Of a stretch of DNA of 64,000 nt, positions 37,905-50,100 are shown in pieces. The position numbers were made by a program, and so were the translations under genes. This stretch comes from Dendrobates tinctorius (Eukaryota). A model generated the notes under the pieces. It was not told where the DNA came from and searched no databases. It saw nothing but the letters and a program-made list of their open reading frames with translations. Location of the stretch: contig NW_027361676.1 of NCBI RefSeq assembly GCF_039654945.1, positions 32,736,001-32,800,000 of the forward strand. The letters are read 5' to 3'. The number at the start of each line of letters is the position of its first letter. The stretch's first letter is position 1.

Positions 37905-39125
37905 CACTCACTGGCCACTTTATTAGGTACACCTGTCCAACTGTGTGTTAAGACTTAATTTCTAATCAGCCAATCACATGGCGGCAACTCAGTGCATTTA
38001 GGCATGTAGACATGGTCAAGACAATCTCCTGCAGTTCAAACCGAGCATCAGTATGGGGAAGAAAGGTGATTTGAGTGCCTTTGAACGTGGCATGATTGTT
38101 GGTGCCAGAAGGGCTGGTCTGAGAATTTCAGAAACTGCTGATCTACTGGGATTTTCACGCACAACCATCTCTAGGGTTTACAGAGAATGGTCCGAAAAAG
38201 AAAAAAAATCCAGTGAGCGGCAGTTCTGTGGCCGGAAATGCCATGTTGATGCCAGAGGTCAGAGGAGAATGGGCAGACTGGTTCGAGCTGATAGAAAGGC
38301 AACAGTGACTCAAATTGCCACCCGTTACAACCAAGGTAGGCAGAAGAGCATCTCTGAACGCACAGTGCGTCGAACTTTGAGGCAGATGGGCTACAGCAGC
38401 AGAAGACCACACTGGGTACCACTCCTCTCAGCTAAGAACAGGAAACTGAGGCTACAATTTGCACAAGCTCATCGAAATTGGACAGTAGAAGATTGGAAAA
38501 ACGTTCCCTGGTCTGATGAGTCTCGATTTCTGCTGCGACATTCGGATGGTAGGGTCAGAATTTGGCGTAAACAACATGAAAGCATGGATCCATCCTGCCT
38601 TGTATCAACGGTTCAGGCTGGTGGTGGTGGTGTCATGGTGTGGGGAATTTTTTCTGGGCACTCTTTGGGCCCCTTGGTACCAATTGAGCATCGTTGCAAC
38701 GCCACAGCCTACCTGAGTATTGTTGCTGACCATGTCCATCCCTTTATGACCACAATGTACCCAACATCTGATGGCTACTTTCAGCAGGATAATGCGCCAT
38801 GTCATAAAGCTCGAATCATCTCAGATTGGTTTCTTGAACATGACAATGAGTTTACTGTACTCAAATGGCCTCCTCAGTCACCAGATCTCAATCCAATAGA
38901 GCATCTTTGGGATGTGGTGGAACGGGAGATTCGCATCAGGGATGTGCAGCCGACAAATCTGCGCCAACTGTGTGATGCCATCATGTCAATATGGTCCAAA
39001 ATCTCTGAGGAATGCTTCCAGCACCTTGTTGAATCTCTGCCACGAAGAATTGAGGCAGTTCTGAAGGCAAAAGGGGGTCCAACCCCTTACTAGCATGGTG
39101 TACCTAATAAAGTGGCCAGTGAGTG
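37905..39125 (+). mobile_element. Full-length 1221-bp DD36E (Incomer-type) Tc1/mariner transposon
   Basis: Perfect 29-bp TIR CACTCACTGGCCACTTTATTAGGTACACC; TA on both sides. Confidence 0.97.
38053..39093 (+). CDS. DD36E transposase, uninterrupted 346-aa ORF
   Basis: HTH N-terminus, [17 protein letters not shown]; 36 residues counted between the second D and E. Confidence 0.95.
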   Translation: MGKKGDLSAFERGMIVGARRAGLRISETADLLGFSRTTISRVYREWSEKEKKSSERQFCGRKCHVDARGQRRMGRLVRADRKATVTQIATRYNQGRQKSISERTVRRTLRQMGYSSRRPHWVPLLSAKNRKLRLQFAQAHRNWTVEDWKNVPWSDESRFLLRHSDGRVRIWRKQHESMDPSCLVSTVQAGGGGVMVWGIFSGHSLGPLVPIEHRCNATAYLSIVADHVHPFMTTMYPTSDGYFQQDNAPCHKARIISDWFLEHDNEFTVLKWPPQSPDLNPIEHLWDVVEREIRIRDVQPTNLRQLCDAIMSIWSKISEECFQHLVESLPRRIEAVLKAKGGPTPY

Positions 39126-40285
39126 TATATCACTAATTGGGGTCAAGATATGCCCTCTCACATACACAGAAAGCACATGTCTTCAGACAAAGGATTGACT
39201 CCTGACCACCACCACATTCTTGAGGGAGAGGAGGAAGGAGTACAGGATTACATACGCAGGCAGATGGAGAGAAGGAGGGGTGCAGGGGGAGGGGGGGTCA
39301 CAAGGCCCACAACGTGTGTCTACGGCGAGTGTCAGTCAAGCCATGGATTGTTCTAGAAATGTGTGATAAAGAAAACCATACATATTTATATTATCGTGAC
39401 AGCGGCCTGAAGGAAAATGCCACTCTTGCCTCCTCCAACAGTGACCCTGCTCCACCTCGGCCTGTAAGGTTTATGCGCATTATTAGACGTACCCTCATTT
39501 TCCTCCCAAATTTGGGGGGAAAAAGTGCTTCTTATAATCCGAAAAATACAATACATGGCTGTCTGTGTCCTGTCCATAGTTTAGAAAGGTTTCCTAGTTA
39601 GGCTGGTATGTGGTCATAACACACAGAAAAGTTTAAACACTGGGAACACAATCAGAAGATATGTTACACCGAGATAATTCCCTTATGTAAACCTAATGGC
39701 CAGATAAATACCAAAATACAGCATATACAGATGAGGGTACTCATTCGTACCTAGCATAAATATAATATTCTCCTATAGCCAGGTGGATGGGATGGTAACA
39801 CAAAATACTGAAGCGCAGGTGCAGAAATACGTAGGTTCCGCTGGTAGGTCAACATCTCTGAATGGAACACAGTGATGAGAACTGCTGTAAATAAAATTCA
39901 GTTTACAATGTTCATAATAAGGTCACGACAAACTACGCCCTGCAAATATTACTTGGGTCTGTGCTGCTCCAAAAGTCAATGTCAAGTGTCACGCCATCTC
40001 TCCTAACACCTTTGCGTTTCGCTTGTGCTTCTTCCTTGTAGCGTGTCTAGATGGGGGTCGTCAGGAATTATAGCAACCAACGAAAACGGTTGGGGGGAGG
40101 CCTATCCAGGGACAGCCCACTCGCATCATTACCTTTTTTTCATTTCGTTTATAAGGTGATACCCACTCTCTAGTCCTCCTGCAGGTCCAATGGTCCACGT
40201 TATGATTTTGCTGACCGTACGCCTAGTAAATACATCTATTACAGAGCAAGAGATATAGGGGAGGTCGCTCCCACAACGTATCTAA

Positions 40286-41283
40286 GGCCTGTTTCACACT
40301 TCAGTTTTTTCTGTCAGTCTAAATCCGCCAAAATAGAGGAAAACAGATCCGCAGGCAGACTGACAGAAACGGGGGACAGCGGATCAGCGGATGTATGGAT
40401 CCACCGATGGTAAAAATTTAAAGGAACCGCGGCAGGAAAAAACAAAAAAAAAAAAAAAATTAAATACCGGTCATCTCGCGAGATGTGGCTGGAGATCCCA
40501 TCGTGCGAGAGGAATGGAAGAGAGGCAGAGAGGGGGGGGGGGGGGAGAGGGAGAGAGAAGGAGAGAGGTGGGGGTGAGTGAAGGAGAGAGGGGGGGGTGA
40601 GTGAAGGAGAGAGGGGGGGGTGAGTGAAGGAGAGAGGGGGGGGTGAGTGAAGGAGAGAGGGGGGGGTGAGTGAAGGAGAGAGGGGGGGGTGAGTGAAGGA
40701 GAGAGGGGGGGGAGAGAAGGAGAGAGGGGGGGAGAGAAGGAGAGAGGGGGGAGAGAAGGAGAGAGGGGGGGGAGAGAAGGAGAGAGGGGGGGGAGAGAAG
40801 GAGAGAGGGGGGAGAGAAGGAGAGAGGGGGGGAGAGAGAAGGAGAGAGGGGGGAGAGAAGGAGAGAGGGGGGGAGAGAAGGAGAGAGGGGGGAGAGAAGA
40901 GAGGGGGGGGAGAGAAGGAGAGAGGGGAGGGAGAGGAGAGAGGGGGGGGAGAGAAGGAGAGAGGGGAGGGAGAGGAGGAGAGAGGGGGAGAGAAGGAGAG
41001 AATTTTCAACCAGCAGTGACGCTTGATTACGGGTTAAAAGGCAAAAATGCGGATCCGGACTGCAAAAAGACGTTTCATGGTCCGTTCGGTGATCTCTGTG
41101 GACGCCAAAATTTTGGCGGATCCGCAGAAATACGGATGCAACGGACAGTCATCAGTCAAAATCCGCCAATAATGAAAGTCAATGGGGAAAAAAACGGATC
41201 CGCAAGGAAAATTGGAGGATCCGTTTTTTCACAAAACGGCGGATCTTGACTGATTGTGGAAAAACTGATGTGTGAAATAGGCC
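40286..41283. mobile_element. Harbinger-type MITE with an expanded purine minisatellite
   Basis: GGCCTGTTTCACAC / GTGTGAAATAGGCC; TAA TSD. Confidence 0.88.
40530..41001 (+). repeat. G/A-rich ~20-23-bp minisatellite (GAAGGAGAGA-G6-8-AGA/TGAGT)
   Basis: Pure purine from ~40695 to 41002. Confidence 0.95.
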
Positions 41284-42215
41284 TAAGTAAAATAGAACTT
41301 CTATATGATCAACTTGCACACCAAGTGTAACCCTCAAGACATACAGTACAGGACTTGATATTATTCCATCACTGCTCCAACTTTTACCATAATTGTATGT
41401 ATTACTATCTTGCATTGCTATTAACACAAGACACTTCATACTAATACAGGACTACAAGAATCAGCATTGTTGGTTTTTTTACTGATGTCACATGTGTTTA
41501 TATTCATCCTAATCATCATATTCATGCACGATCAGCTAGTCCTTGACTTTATAATGTTTTAAATAATTGCCCCAATTAGCGCAGTAATGCATCTACCAGT
41601 CTACCAGCAGCTATAAGATAGGGACGAGCACAAGTATGTATTCTCTATATTGGACAATAAGGAGAGGATGATATACATCAAAAATATTAGAAATTGTATT
41701 CTTTTAAAACAAATTCATGTCAAATATGTACATAAGAGACCTCTACACGCAACGAAATTCAGAGAAGTGGTATACAAATGGAGCTACACTAGCTTTATTC
41801 ACCTTGATTGAATGACTAAAAGCCGGTCCTCAGATAAATTTGTGAAGCATGAACGAAACCATAATTATACTTCTGTTACCAAAAACAGAGGTCACACTTT
41901 ATGTCTAAAATGTTTCTTACTTGCTTTTAGAACAGTGAAATAGACATATAAAGTAAATAGAGCATAACTGAAAGGCGAGCTGTGCTCCCCGCTAGTAAGG
42001 AGCTATGGGAAAAGAGATAGTCTGCAGAGACGTTCATCTTCAATTGTACACCGCTAGTTTCCACATGGAAAATGCAAAGCTGTATTTTCGGAGGAGAGAT
42101 CTTTCAGCTTGACGGCAGACTAGGGTGAGGAGGGTTAGAGAGTTTGAGACCTTAAAATAAGTTGTATTTTATCTATTACATTGAGCATTTTGTTTTGATA
42201 CTGGATAAATCTCAG

Positions 42216-42637
42216 AATGAGCACAATGGAAGATTAGTTCAGCTCACCCTTCATATCCCAGTGTATCTTCATAGCACGGACCACGTCTGTCAGACGGTAA
42301 GTAACGCAATTCTTGGGAAAAAAGATCCAGCTCAGAAGAATAAAATCCAAAATCTTTATTCAGATCCATAAAACATAGACAAGCTTAACGAACCTGACCG
42401 GAATGCCCAGAGGAAAGGTTGCTAATGGGAGACTGGAAGCGTTACGAACAGCAAGTGTTATTAGACTCAGAATCTAAGAACAATTGCTGTTCGAAATGCT
42501 TCCAGTCTCCCATTAGCAACCTTTCCTCCGGGCATTCCGGTCAGGTGCGTTAAGCTTGTCTATGTTTTATGCATCTGAATAAAGATTTTGGATTTTATTC
42601 TTCTGAGCTGGATCTTTTTTCCCAAGAATTGCATTAG
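42216..42637. mobile_element. Fold-back Penelope pseudo-LTR-like insert
   Basis: ~150-bp inverted arms (42303-42455 vs 42482-42636); AAATCTCAG direct repeat flanks; GAAA half-hammerhead and AATAAAGATTTTGG. Confidence 0.65.
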
Positions 42638-43619
42638 AAATCTCAGGATACTAAGAGACTGGCCCGATTATGCTGCACCGTGGGCTCTGAGAACACCCGT
42701 AGCGTAATAGGATCGGGCACCAACCAGATTTCACAACACAAACTGCTTACAACTGAGGTTGATGTAATAGATGACACAGGAAGTACATGTCAAAGTGGTT
42801 GCATAAAAATGTAGCTTTCCCTAGAGTCACGTTGGTGTAAAAACAAGTTTTTGATCACTTAAATGTTTTGACAGGAGGAGAGACCGAGCCAGGAGGAAGT
42901 ATATGCGATATTCACCTGTCCCCTCATTCCACCGCTGCGCGTCGCTCTGTGTCCTCTGGCTGTGATGTTCAGGTCAGAGGGCGCGATGACGTAGTTAGTG
43001 CGCGCCGTGCCCTTTGCATAAACAGTAACTGACAGAGGACCCGGAAGACAGAGCGGCGCCCTGCGATGGAACGGGGAAGGTGAATATCTCAGGTGCTGGG
43101 GCCCTGAGCCAGCGGTGACACTGGCACCTGTCCCACCATAGTGCGCCAGTATCCCCACCAGCTCAGGACACCGGCACCTGTCCCCCAGCAACAAGAGGTA
43201 AGAATTCCATTTTTTTTTTTTATTTGCAGCAGCAACATATGGGGCCTATTCTATGGAGCATTTTATGGGGCATAATCTATGGAGCATCTAACGGGGCATC
43301 TTATGGGGCAGCATATGGGGCATAATCTATGGAGCATCTTATGGGGCCATTATTAACCTTTGTGCAGCATTATATGGGGTGTATTTTGTATGGAGCATCT
43401 TATGGGGCCATCATGAACTATATTAAGCATTATACGGGGCTCCTAATTCAATATGGATGTTCAAAAACATTTAACCTACTGATGTCTCGATTTTACTTTT
43501 ATTAGTATCTATTTTTTATTTTTTTTCTTAAATTTACTAGTAGCTGCTGCATTTTCCACCCTAGGCTTATACGCAAGTCAATAAGTTTTCCTAGTTTATT
43601 GTGGCAAATTTTTTTTTTT

Positions 43620-43650
<31 letters not shown>

Positions 43651-44478
43651 GCGGTGTATACGCGAGNNNNNNNNNNNNNNNNNNNNNNNNNNNNNNNNNN
43701 NNNNNNNNNNNNNNNNNNNNNNNNNNNNNNNNNNNNNNNNNNNNNNNNNNNNNNNNNNNNNNNNNNNNNNNNNNNNNNNNNNNNNNNNNNNNNNNNNNNN
43801 TCTTTCCTTATGGCAGTCATCTTGCAATATAATTACGGTAATGTAATTGTGTGACTTATTCAAATATGCCCTTTTTTAACACTACTTTTCAATTAAAAAA
43901 AATCTATTTTCCTACATCATATTCGGAGAGCTGTAGCTTTTATTGGCATCATGTTCACATACACAAGGCCCTTCAGTCTTTAAAAATCAGGATTCTTCCA
44001 TTGCTGTGAAATCCTCTTTTCTTCCAAAAGCCATGACTTTTTATTTTTTGTTGACAGACATGTGGGCTTATTTTTTTGTGAATAAGCTGGAAGTTGACAC
44101 CATTCACTTTACAATGTACTGAGCAACAGGACAAAATTCCAAGAGGGATGAAATGCTGAAAAAAGCTGCAATTACACAACTGTTTTGTTTTTACAGAAGT
44201 CATTGTGTAGAAGAAAATGACCTGGAAAAACAAATGCTCAAGTCAGTGCGAGTTCACAGATGCCAAACTTGCATTGATTGAAAAAAAATAAAAAAACCAA
44301 ATTTGAGTGATGGGAAAGAAAAATTCTGAATTTTTTTAACTCCTTTCCGACATGTGCGTACTATTACGGTACATGTCGGATTGCCCCTTTCCAGGCACTT
44401 GACAGCTGATCTACACAGCTGACATGTGCCCGTAACAGCCTTGGGTGGAATCATGATCCACCGGCGGCTGTTAACTAC

Positions 44479-45820
44479 CGTATATACTCGAGTATAAGCA
44501 GAGTTTTTCAGCCCCTTTTTAGACTGAAAAAGACCCCCCTCGGCTTATAATCGAGTCACGGTCCCCTGCGATTGAAAAAAAAAAAAAAATGACATACACA
44601 CCTCTCGTCCTGAGCAGGCGGGGACACCGGCACGCTATTGGGGTCAGGTGCCGGTGTCGCCGCTGGCTCACGCCCCCGGCACTGGAGATATTTACCGGTC
44701 CCCGCTACACCGCTGCACGCCGCTGTCTTCCGGGTCCATCTGTAGTGACGTCCAGGTTAGGCTGGTTTCACATTAGCGCTTTTTAAGCGCACGCACGGCC
44801 GGGGGTAGCTCCGCCCCCGAGCCGGCTCTCTGCCCGGCGTGCCCGCCCCTTGCTTGTAGCGCCGCCACCTAGCACACAGCGGCGCCTGCGATCGGCGCAC
44901 CCTATCTTTAGCATAGGGTGCGCAGATCGTGCGCAGGCCGTGCGCTAGTTGCGCTTTGACCTGCGCTGCGCACTTTTGACGGTGCGCCGTGCGCGCCAAA
45001 ATCAAACTTTTCGGATTTTGGCGCGCACGGCGCACCGTCAAAAGTGCGCAGCGCAGGTCAAAGCGCAACTAGCGCACGGCCTGCGCACGATCTGCGCACC
45101 CTATGCTAAAGATAGGGTGCGCCGATCGCAGGCGCCGCTGTGTGCTAGGAGGCGGCGCTACAAGCAAGGGGCGGGCACGCCGGGCAGAGAGCCGGCTCGG
45201 GGGCGGAGCTACCCCCGGCCGTGCGTGCGCTTAAAAAGCGCTAATGTGAAACCAGCCTTAGAGGGCGCGATGACGCAGTTAGTGCACGCCACGCCCTCTG
45301 CTGCCTGAATGTGACTGGAGTGGAGAGAGACCCGGAAGACAGAGCGGCTCGCAGCGATGGAGCTGGGACCAATAAATATCGCTAGTGCCGGGGGTCTGAG
45401 CCAGTGGCGACACCGGCACCTGACCCCCATAGCGCGCCGGTGTCCCCGCCTGCTCAGGACACTGGCACCTGGCCCCCAGCGACGAGAGGAGAGTATGTCT
45501 TTTTTTTTTTTTTTTGTTAGATGGCAGCAACAGCTTCAGAAGCAATATATGGGCATATATATCAATGGAGCATCTTATAAGGCCACCATTATCCTATGTG
45601 CAGCATTATATGGGGCATATTTTGTATGGAGCATCTCATGGGGCCATCATAAACTGTATGGAGCATTATATGGGGCTCCTGATTGAATATGGATATTAAA
45701 AAACATTAAACCTACTGATGTCTAAATTAATTTTATTTGAATTGGTATCCATTTTTATTTTTTAAATTTACCAGTAGCTGCTGCATTTCCCACCCTCGGC
45801 TTATACTCAAGTCAATATAC
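44479..45820. mobile_element. Tc1/mariner-type MITE (CCGTATATACTCGAG family) nested in a piggyBac-type element; related copy at ~42860-43666
   Basis: TA|CCGTATATACTCGAGTATAAGC left end; shared ATGGAGCATCTTATGGGGC repeats. Confidence 0.7.
44760..45257. mobile_element. 498-bp almost perfect palindromic Harbinger-type MITE
   Basis: ~244-bp arms with one visible mismatch and a ~10-nt spacer; TTA TSD. Confidence 0.95.
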
Positions 45821-46715
45821 TCAGGTCCGGCGCCTGCGCACTGCAGAATTCAGCTCTGCCCTCAAAAGGGCAGAGCAGTGCAATTGCGCCACAGCCATTA
45901 CAGGACGGGAGAAGAGGACGTCATCGCATGAAGGGAGGCGTCGGACCGGACCGCAACACCCAACGGACCGGACCGCCCACCCCGGTGAGTATAATCTAAC
46001 TCGTTTTTCTTATCTTTCAGGTTACATCGGAGGCTTATCTACAGCATTACAGAATGCTGTAGATAAGCCCCCGATGTCTATGCCGGCAGCTGCAAGCCAA
46101 AAAAAAGGGTGACAGACTCCCTTTAATATGACAGCGGCATTTAACTTGCGCTTACATAAAGAAACACTAATCCTGGCCATTGGTGACCCCGTAACATGAT
46201 CGCAGGTCACCGACGGGTCGGCATGACAACCAGATGTCTGCAGCAGACCTCTGTGGTTGTCATTGCCAGATTGCTATGAGTGCCACCCGTGGTCGGTGCT
46301 CATAGCAAGAGTGCATTTATGCTACACACAGGCGATCTGATCGTCACTTGTTTGTAGCAGAGGCGATCAAAGTACCAATCTAAAATCATCAAAAAAGTAT
46401 CAAATCGTCCAAAAAATATAAAAAAAAAAAAAATCACTAACCCAATCGCTAAATGGTGTAACAAGAAAAAAAATGTAAAAGTGACAGTTATGTTTTTTTG
46501 GTCGCCGCTACATTGCAATAAGATGCAATAATGGGCGATCAAAACATTGTATCTCCACCAAAATTCTATTAAATAAAAATGTCAGCTAGGCGCACAAAAA
46601 AAAAAATAAGCCCTCACCCAGACCCAGATCACAAAAAATGCGTTTTTTTGTTTTGTTGTTTTTTTAAACAAATTTTGCATTTTTTCTTTTACCACTTAAG
46701 AGAAAAGAACCTATG

Positions 46716-47745
46716 CAGTGGGTACGGAAAGTATTCAGACCCCTTTAAATTTTTCATTGCAGCCATTTAGTAAATTCAAAAAAGTTCATTTTTTCTCATT
46801 AATGTATACTCTGCACCCCATATTGACTGGATAAAAAACTAATATAGAAATTTTTGCAAATGTATTAAAAAAGAAAAACTGAAATATCACATGGTCATAA
46901 GTATTCAGACCCTTTGCTCAGACACTCATATTTAAGTCACATGCTGTCCATTTCCTTGTGATCCTCCTTGAGATGGTTCTACTCCTTCATGGAGTCCAGC
47001 TGTGTTTAATTAAAGTGATAGGACTTGATTTGTAAAGGCACACACCTGTCTATATAAGACCTCACAGTGCATGTCAGACCAAATGAGAATCAAGAGGTCA
47101 AAGGAACTGGCCAAGGAGCTCAGAGACAGAATTATGGCAAGGCACAGATCTGGCCAAGGTTACAAGAGAATTTCTGCAGTACTCAAGGTTTTTAAGAGCA
47201 TAGTAGCCTCCATAATCCTTAAATGGAAGATGTTTGGGACCACCAGAAGTCTTCCTAGACCTGCCCATCCACCCAAACTGAGCAACTGTGGGAGAAGAGC
47301 CTTGGTGAGAGAGGTAAAGAAGAACCCCATGATCACTGTGGCTGAGCTCCACAGATGCAGTAGGGAGATGGAAGAAAGTTCAACATAGTCAACTATCATT
47401 GCAGCCCTCCATTAGTGGTCTGATGAGACAAAGATAGAACTTTTTCGTGGTAATTCAAAGCGGGGAAAACCAGGCACTGCTCATCACCTCCCCAATACAA
47501 TCCCAACAGTAAAACATGGTGGTGGCAGTATCATGCTATGGGGATGTTTTTCAGCGGCAGGGATGGGACGACTGGTTGCAATTGAAGGAAACATGAATGC
47601 AACCAAGTACAGAGATTTCCTGGATGCAAACCTCTGGACCTCAGAGCTGGCCGAAGTTCACCTTCCAACAAAACAATGACCCAAATAACAAAGGAGTGGC
47701 TTCAGATTCTTGACTGGCCCAGCCAGAGGCCTCACCTAAACCCAT
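46716..47745 (+). mobile_element. Decayed Tc1 transposon, 3'-truncated
   Basis: CAGTGGGTACGGAAAGTATTCAGACCCC terminus with internal DR; RSKELAKELRDRI, WSDETK and [14 protein letters not shown] fragments. Confidence 0.88.
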
Positions 47746-47755
47746 ATACGGATTG

Positions 47756-49929
47756 TTTGGGAGTACAAATTTATGACGAACTTTGACACTCTCAGTGCTG
47801 GAATGAATGTGTCGCATGGATTTATGTCTTTTTACATCAATTAAGGAATTTCCTTTTAAAACCTTGTGGGGGCCTCACAACACAGAACTAGCCCCCAATC
47901 AGAGGACCATAAAACATCCGGACTCCTTATCTATGAACTGGTCCAATGTTTATATTTATGTTTCTCCCTCTCCCATATTGATAGTTCTGCTTCACGTCAC
48001 TTGTCTTATCTATTGCATTTTTTCTAGGCTGTATTGTGCATAAATATGTGACTCTTCAGATTTTGTATTAGTCTAGCCTGATGAAGAGACCTGAGTAGTC
48101 TCGAAAGCTTGCAATGTGTTACCATCTTTTCAGTTAGCCATTAAAAGGTATCAACTACTGAGGACTCTCAATCCTGAATATTTTTCTATCTACTGGCCAA
48201 CACGGTACAAAGATATACCTCTTTCCTGTACTCCCAAACTCGTCTCTCTCTCTGAGAATTGAAGTTACCTTTCAATACCAGTAATTTCATATCCACGTTG
48301 CTGTGATCAGGGATACAGAAATGTTTTGCCACAGGTAGATCCATTCTTTTTTCTCTTATTGTGTGATGATGAGCATTCATCCTTGTTCTAAGCTTTTGCC
48401 ATGTCTCCCCCACATACAGACCCCCAGTTGGACATTTAGTACAAATAATTAAGTACACCACATTAGATGTAATGCAGGTGAAAGTACCTGGGATCTTGTA
48501 GTCCTGATGTGAGTTGGGGATCTTTATCTTGTCCGTGGTCATTATAAATGGACAGGTTTTACATTTTTTCTGGTTGCAAGGAAAGGTTCCTGCAGCTGTT
48601 GGAGAGGACAGGGAGCTTCTGACAATGATGCTTCTTAAATTTGGGGGCTGCCTAAAACACAGCAGTGGGGGGTCTGAAAAAATGGATTTTAATCGGGCAT
48701 CTTTTTGTAGTAAAGGTTGTAATTTCCGTGCCGCTCCCCTTAGCACCTCCAGATTTGGGTTGTAGGTGACTACTAGAGGCACTCTGTTATTTTCTTCTTT
48801 AGCTTTGTAATGTAGCAGGTGATTCCTTGACAATCTGGTGGCTCTTGTAATTTGGTTTTCAATTGTTGTTGGATGGTAACCCTGATTCAAAAAGGTCTTT
48901 TTGAGCCGACCAAGGTGTTTGTCTCTATCCATGGGGTTGGAACATATACGATTGTATCTGATGGCTTGGCTATAGATAATAGAGTTCTTTTTGTGTTTTG
49001 GATGAAAACTGTCCCATTTAAGGTATGTTGGACGGTCAATTGGCTTCTGATACAGGGATGTCTCTATTTCATTGTTTTTTAGCTTAATGATGGTGTCCAA
49101 AAAATTAATCTCAGTCCTGGAGTAGTTGAGTGTTAAATTGATGGTGGGATGAAATTGATTAAACTGTTCGTGGAACGTCTTTAGCTGTTGCTCAGACTCC
49201 GTCCAGATGATTAAAATATCATCAATGAAGCAGTAGTAGGCCAGGGGCCTGATGGGGCATGATAAGCTTGGCCATGAAAAGATTTGCATACTGTGGAGCC
49301 ATTTTACTTCCCATAGCTGTGCCAGTCTCCTGTAGATAGATCCTGTTGTCAAATTCAAAGTAATTGTGGGTGAGGATGAATTTTAAAAGTTTCACCACAG
49401 CATCAGAATCAGTCCCTGTGTTTTCCATGAAGAATTTGCAGGCATTTAAACCATCTTGGTGTGGGATATTAGAGTACAAAGATTCCACATCCATGGTGGC
49501 CAGGATGGTTCCTTCTGTTAGAGGACCTATTGCTGCTAGTTTATTCAATAGGTCAGTTGTGTCCTGAATGTAGTTGGATGTATCCTTCACCAGTGGTTTA
49601 AGAATACCCTCTACCCATCCAGATACCTGCTTAGTGAGGGTGCCCACACATGAAATAATTGGTCTTCCTGGATTTCCAGATTTGTGGATTTTGGGAAGCA
49701 TGTAGAATGTCCCTATTCTTGGAGTCTCTGGTATCAGGTCATCGCCAGCTCTTATGGACTGGTCAGGCAGACAAGAAACCAACTTGTTTAGTTCCTTGTA
49801 ATAGTCCTGTGTAGGATCCGACTCCAATTTTCTATAGTAGCGTGTGTCCATAAGTTGCCTGTTTGCTTCCTTCATGTAGTCTGACGTATTCATCATGACT
49901 ATTGCACCTCCCTTGTCAGCAAGGTTTTT
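47756..49929 (-). mobile_element. Penelope-like element (Neptune clade), 5'-truncated RT + GIY-YIG, with inverted 3' pseudo-LTR
   Basis: ADKGGA, YMLPKIHK, GRPIIS, TMDVESLY, GTAMGS, FIDD, CNQKKCKTC, VVYLI..YVGET; frameshifting deletion at ~49262. The last codons (VWEYKFMTNF..GMN..YIN*) and the pLTR are on the + strand at 47756-48225. Confidence 0.95.
48074..48114 (+). ncRNA. Minimal hammerhead motif in the Penelope pseudo-LTR
   Basis: GC-CUGAUGA-A-GAGAC cugagua GUCUC-GAAAGCUU-GC; palindromic AAGCUU helix III; very short stem I. Confidence 0.75.
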
Positions 49930-50100
49930 CTATAGACATCCTTCTCAGCAAGGGGAACTAGCTTCTCCTGGGCCAAAACGGTAATATTCTGGTTACCTTT
50001 GCTTCATCCTCGTGTATCTTCCTTAGCACTGCTGGAATTAGAGGCAATGGAGGGAATGCATAGGCCAGGTCTAACCCTGTCAGCCTATCTTCCTGATTGA

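Noticed and set aside
36847-39800. Solo LTR hosting the DD36E element
   Set aside because: TG...CA ends are plausible, but no matching TSD, PBS or PPT was found.
40314-41249. Pro/Ser- or Gly/Glu/Arg-rich ORFs of 108-231 aa
   Set aside because: Translations of a stop-free purine minisatellite.
44757-45308. Mirror-image ORFs on both strands
   Set aside because: Consequence of the GC-rich palindrome.
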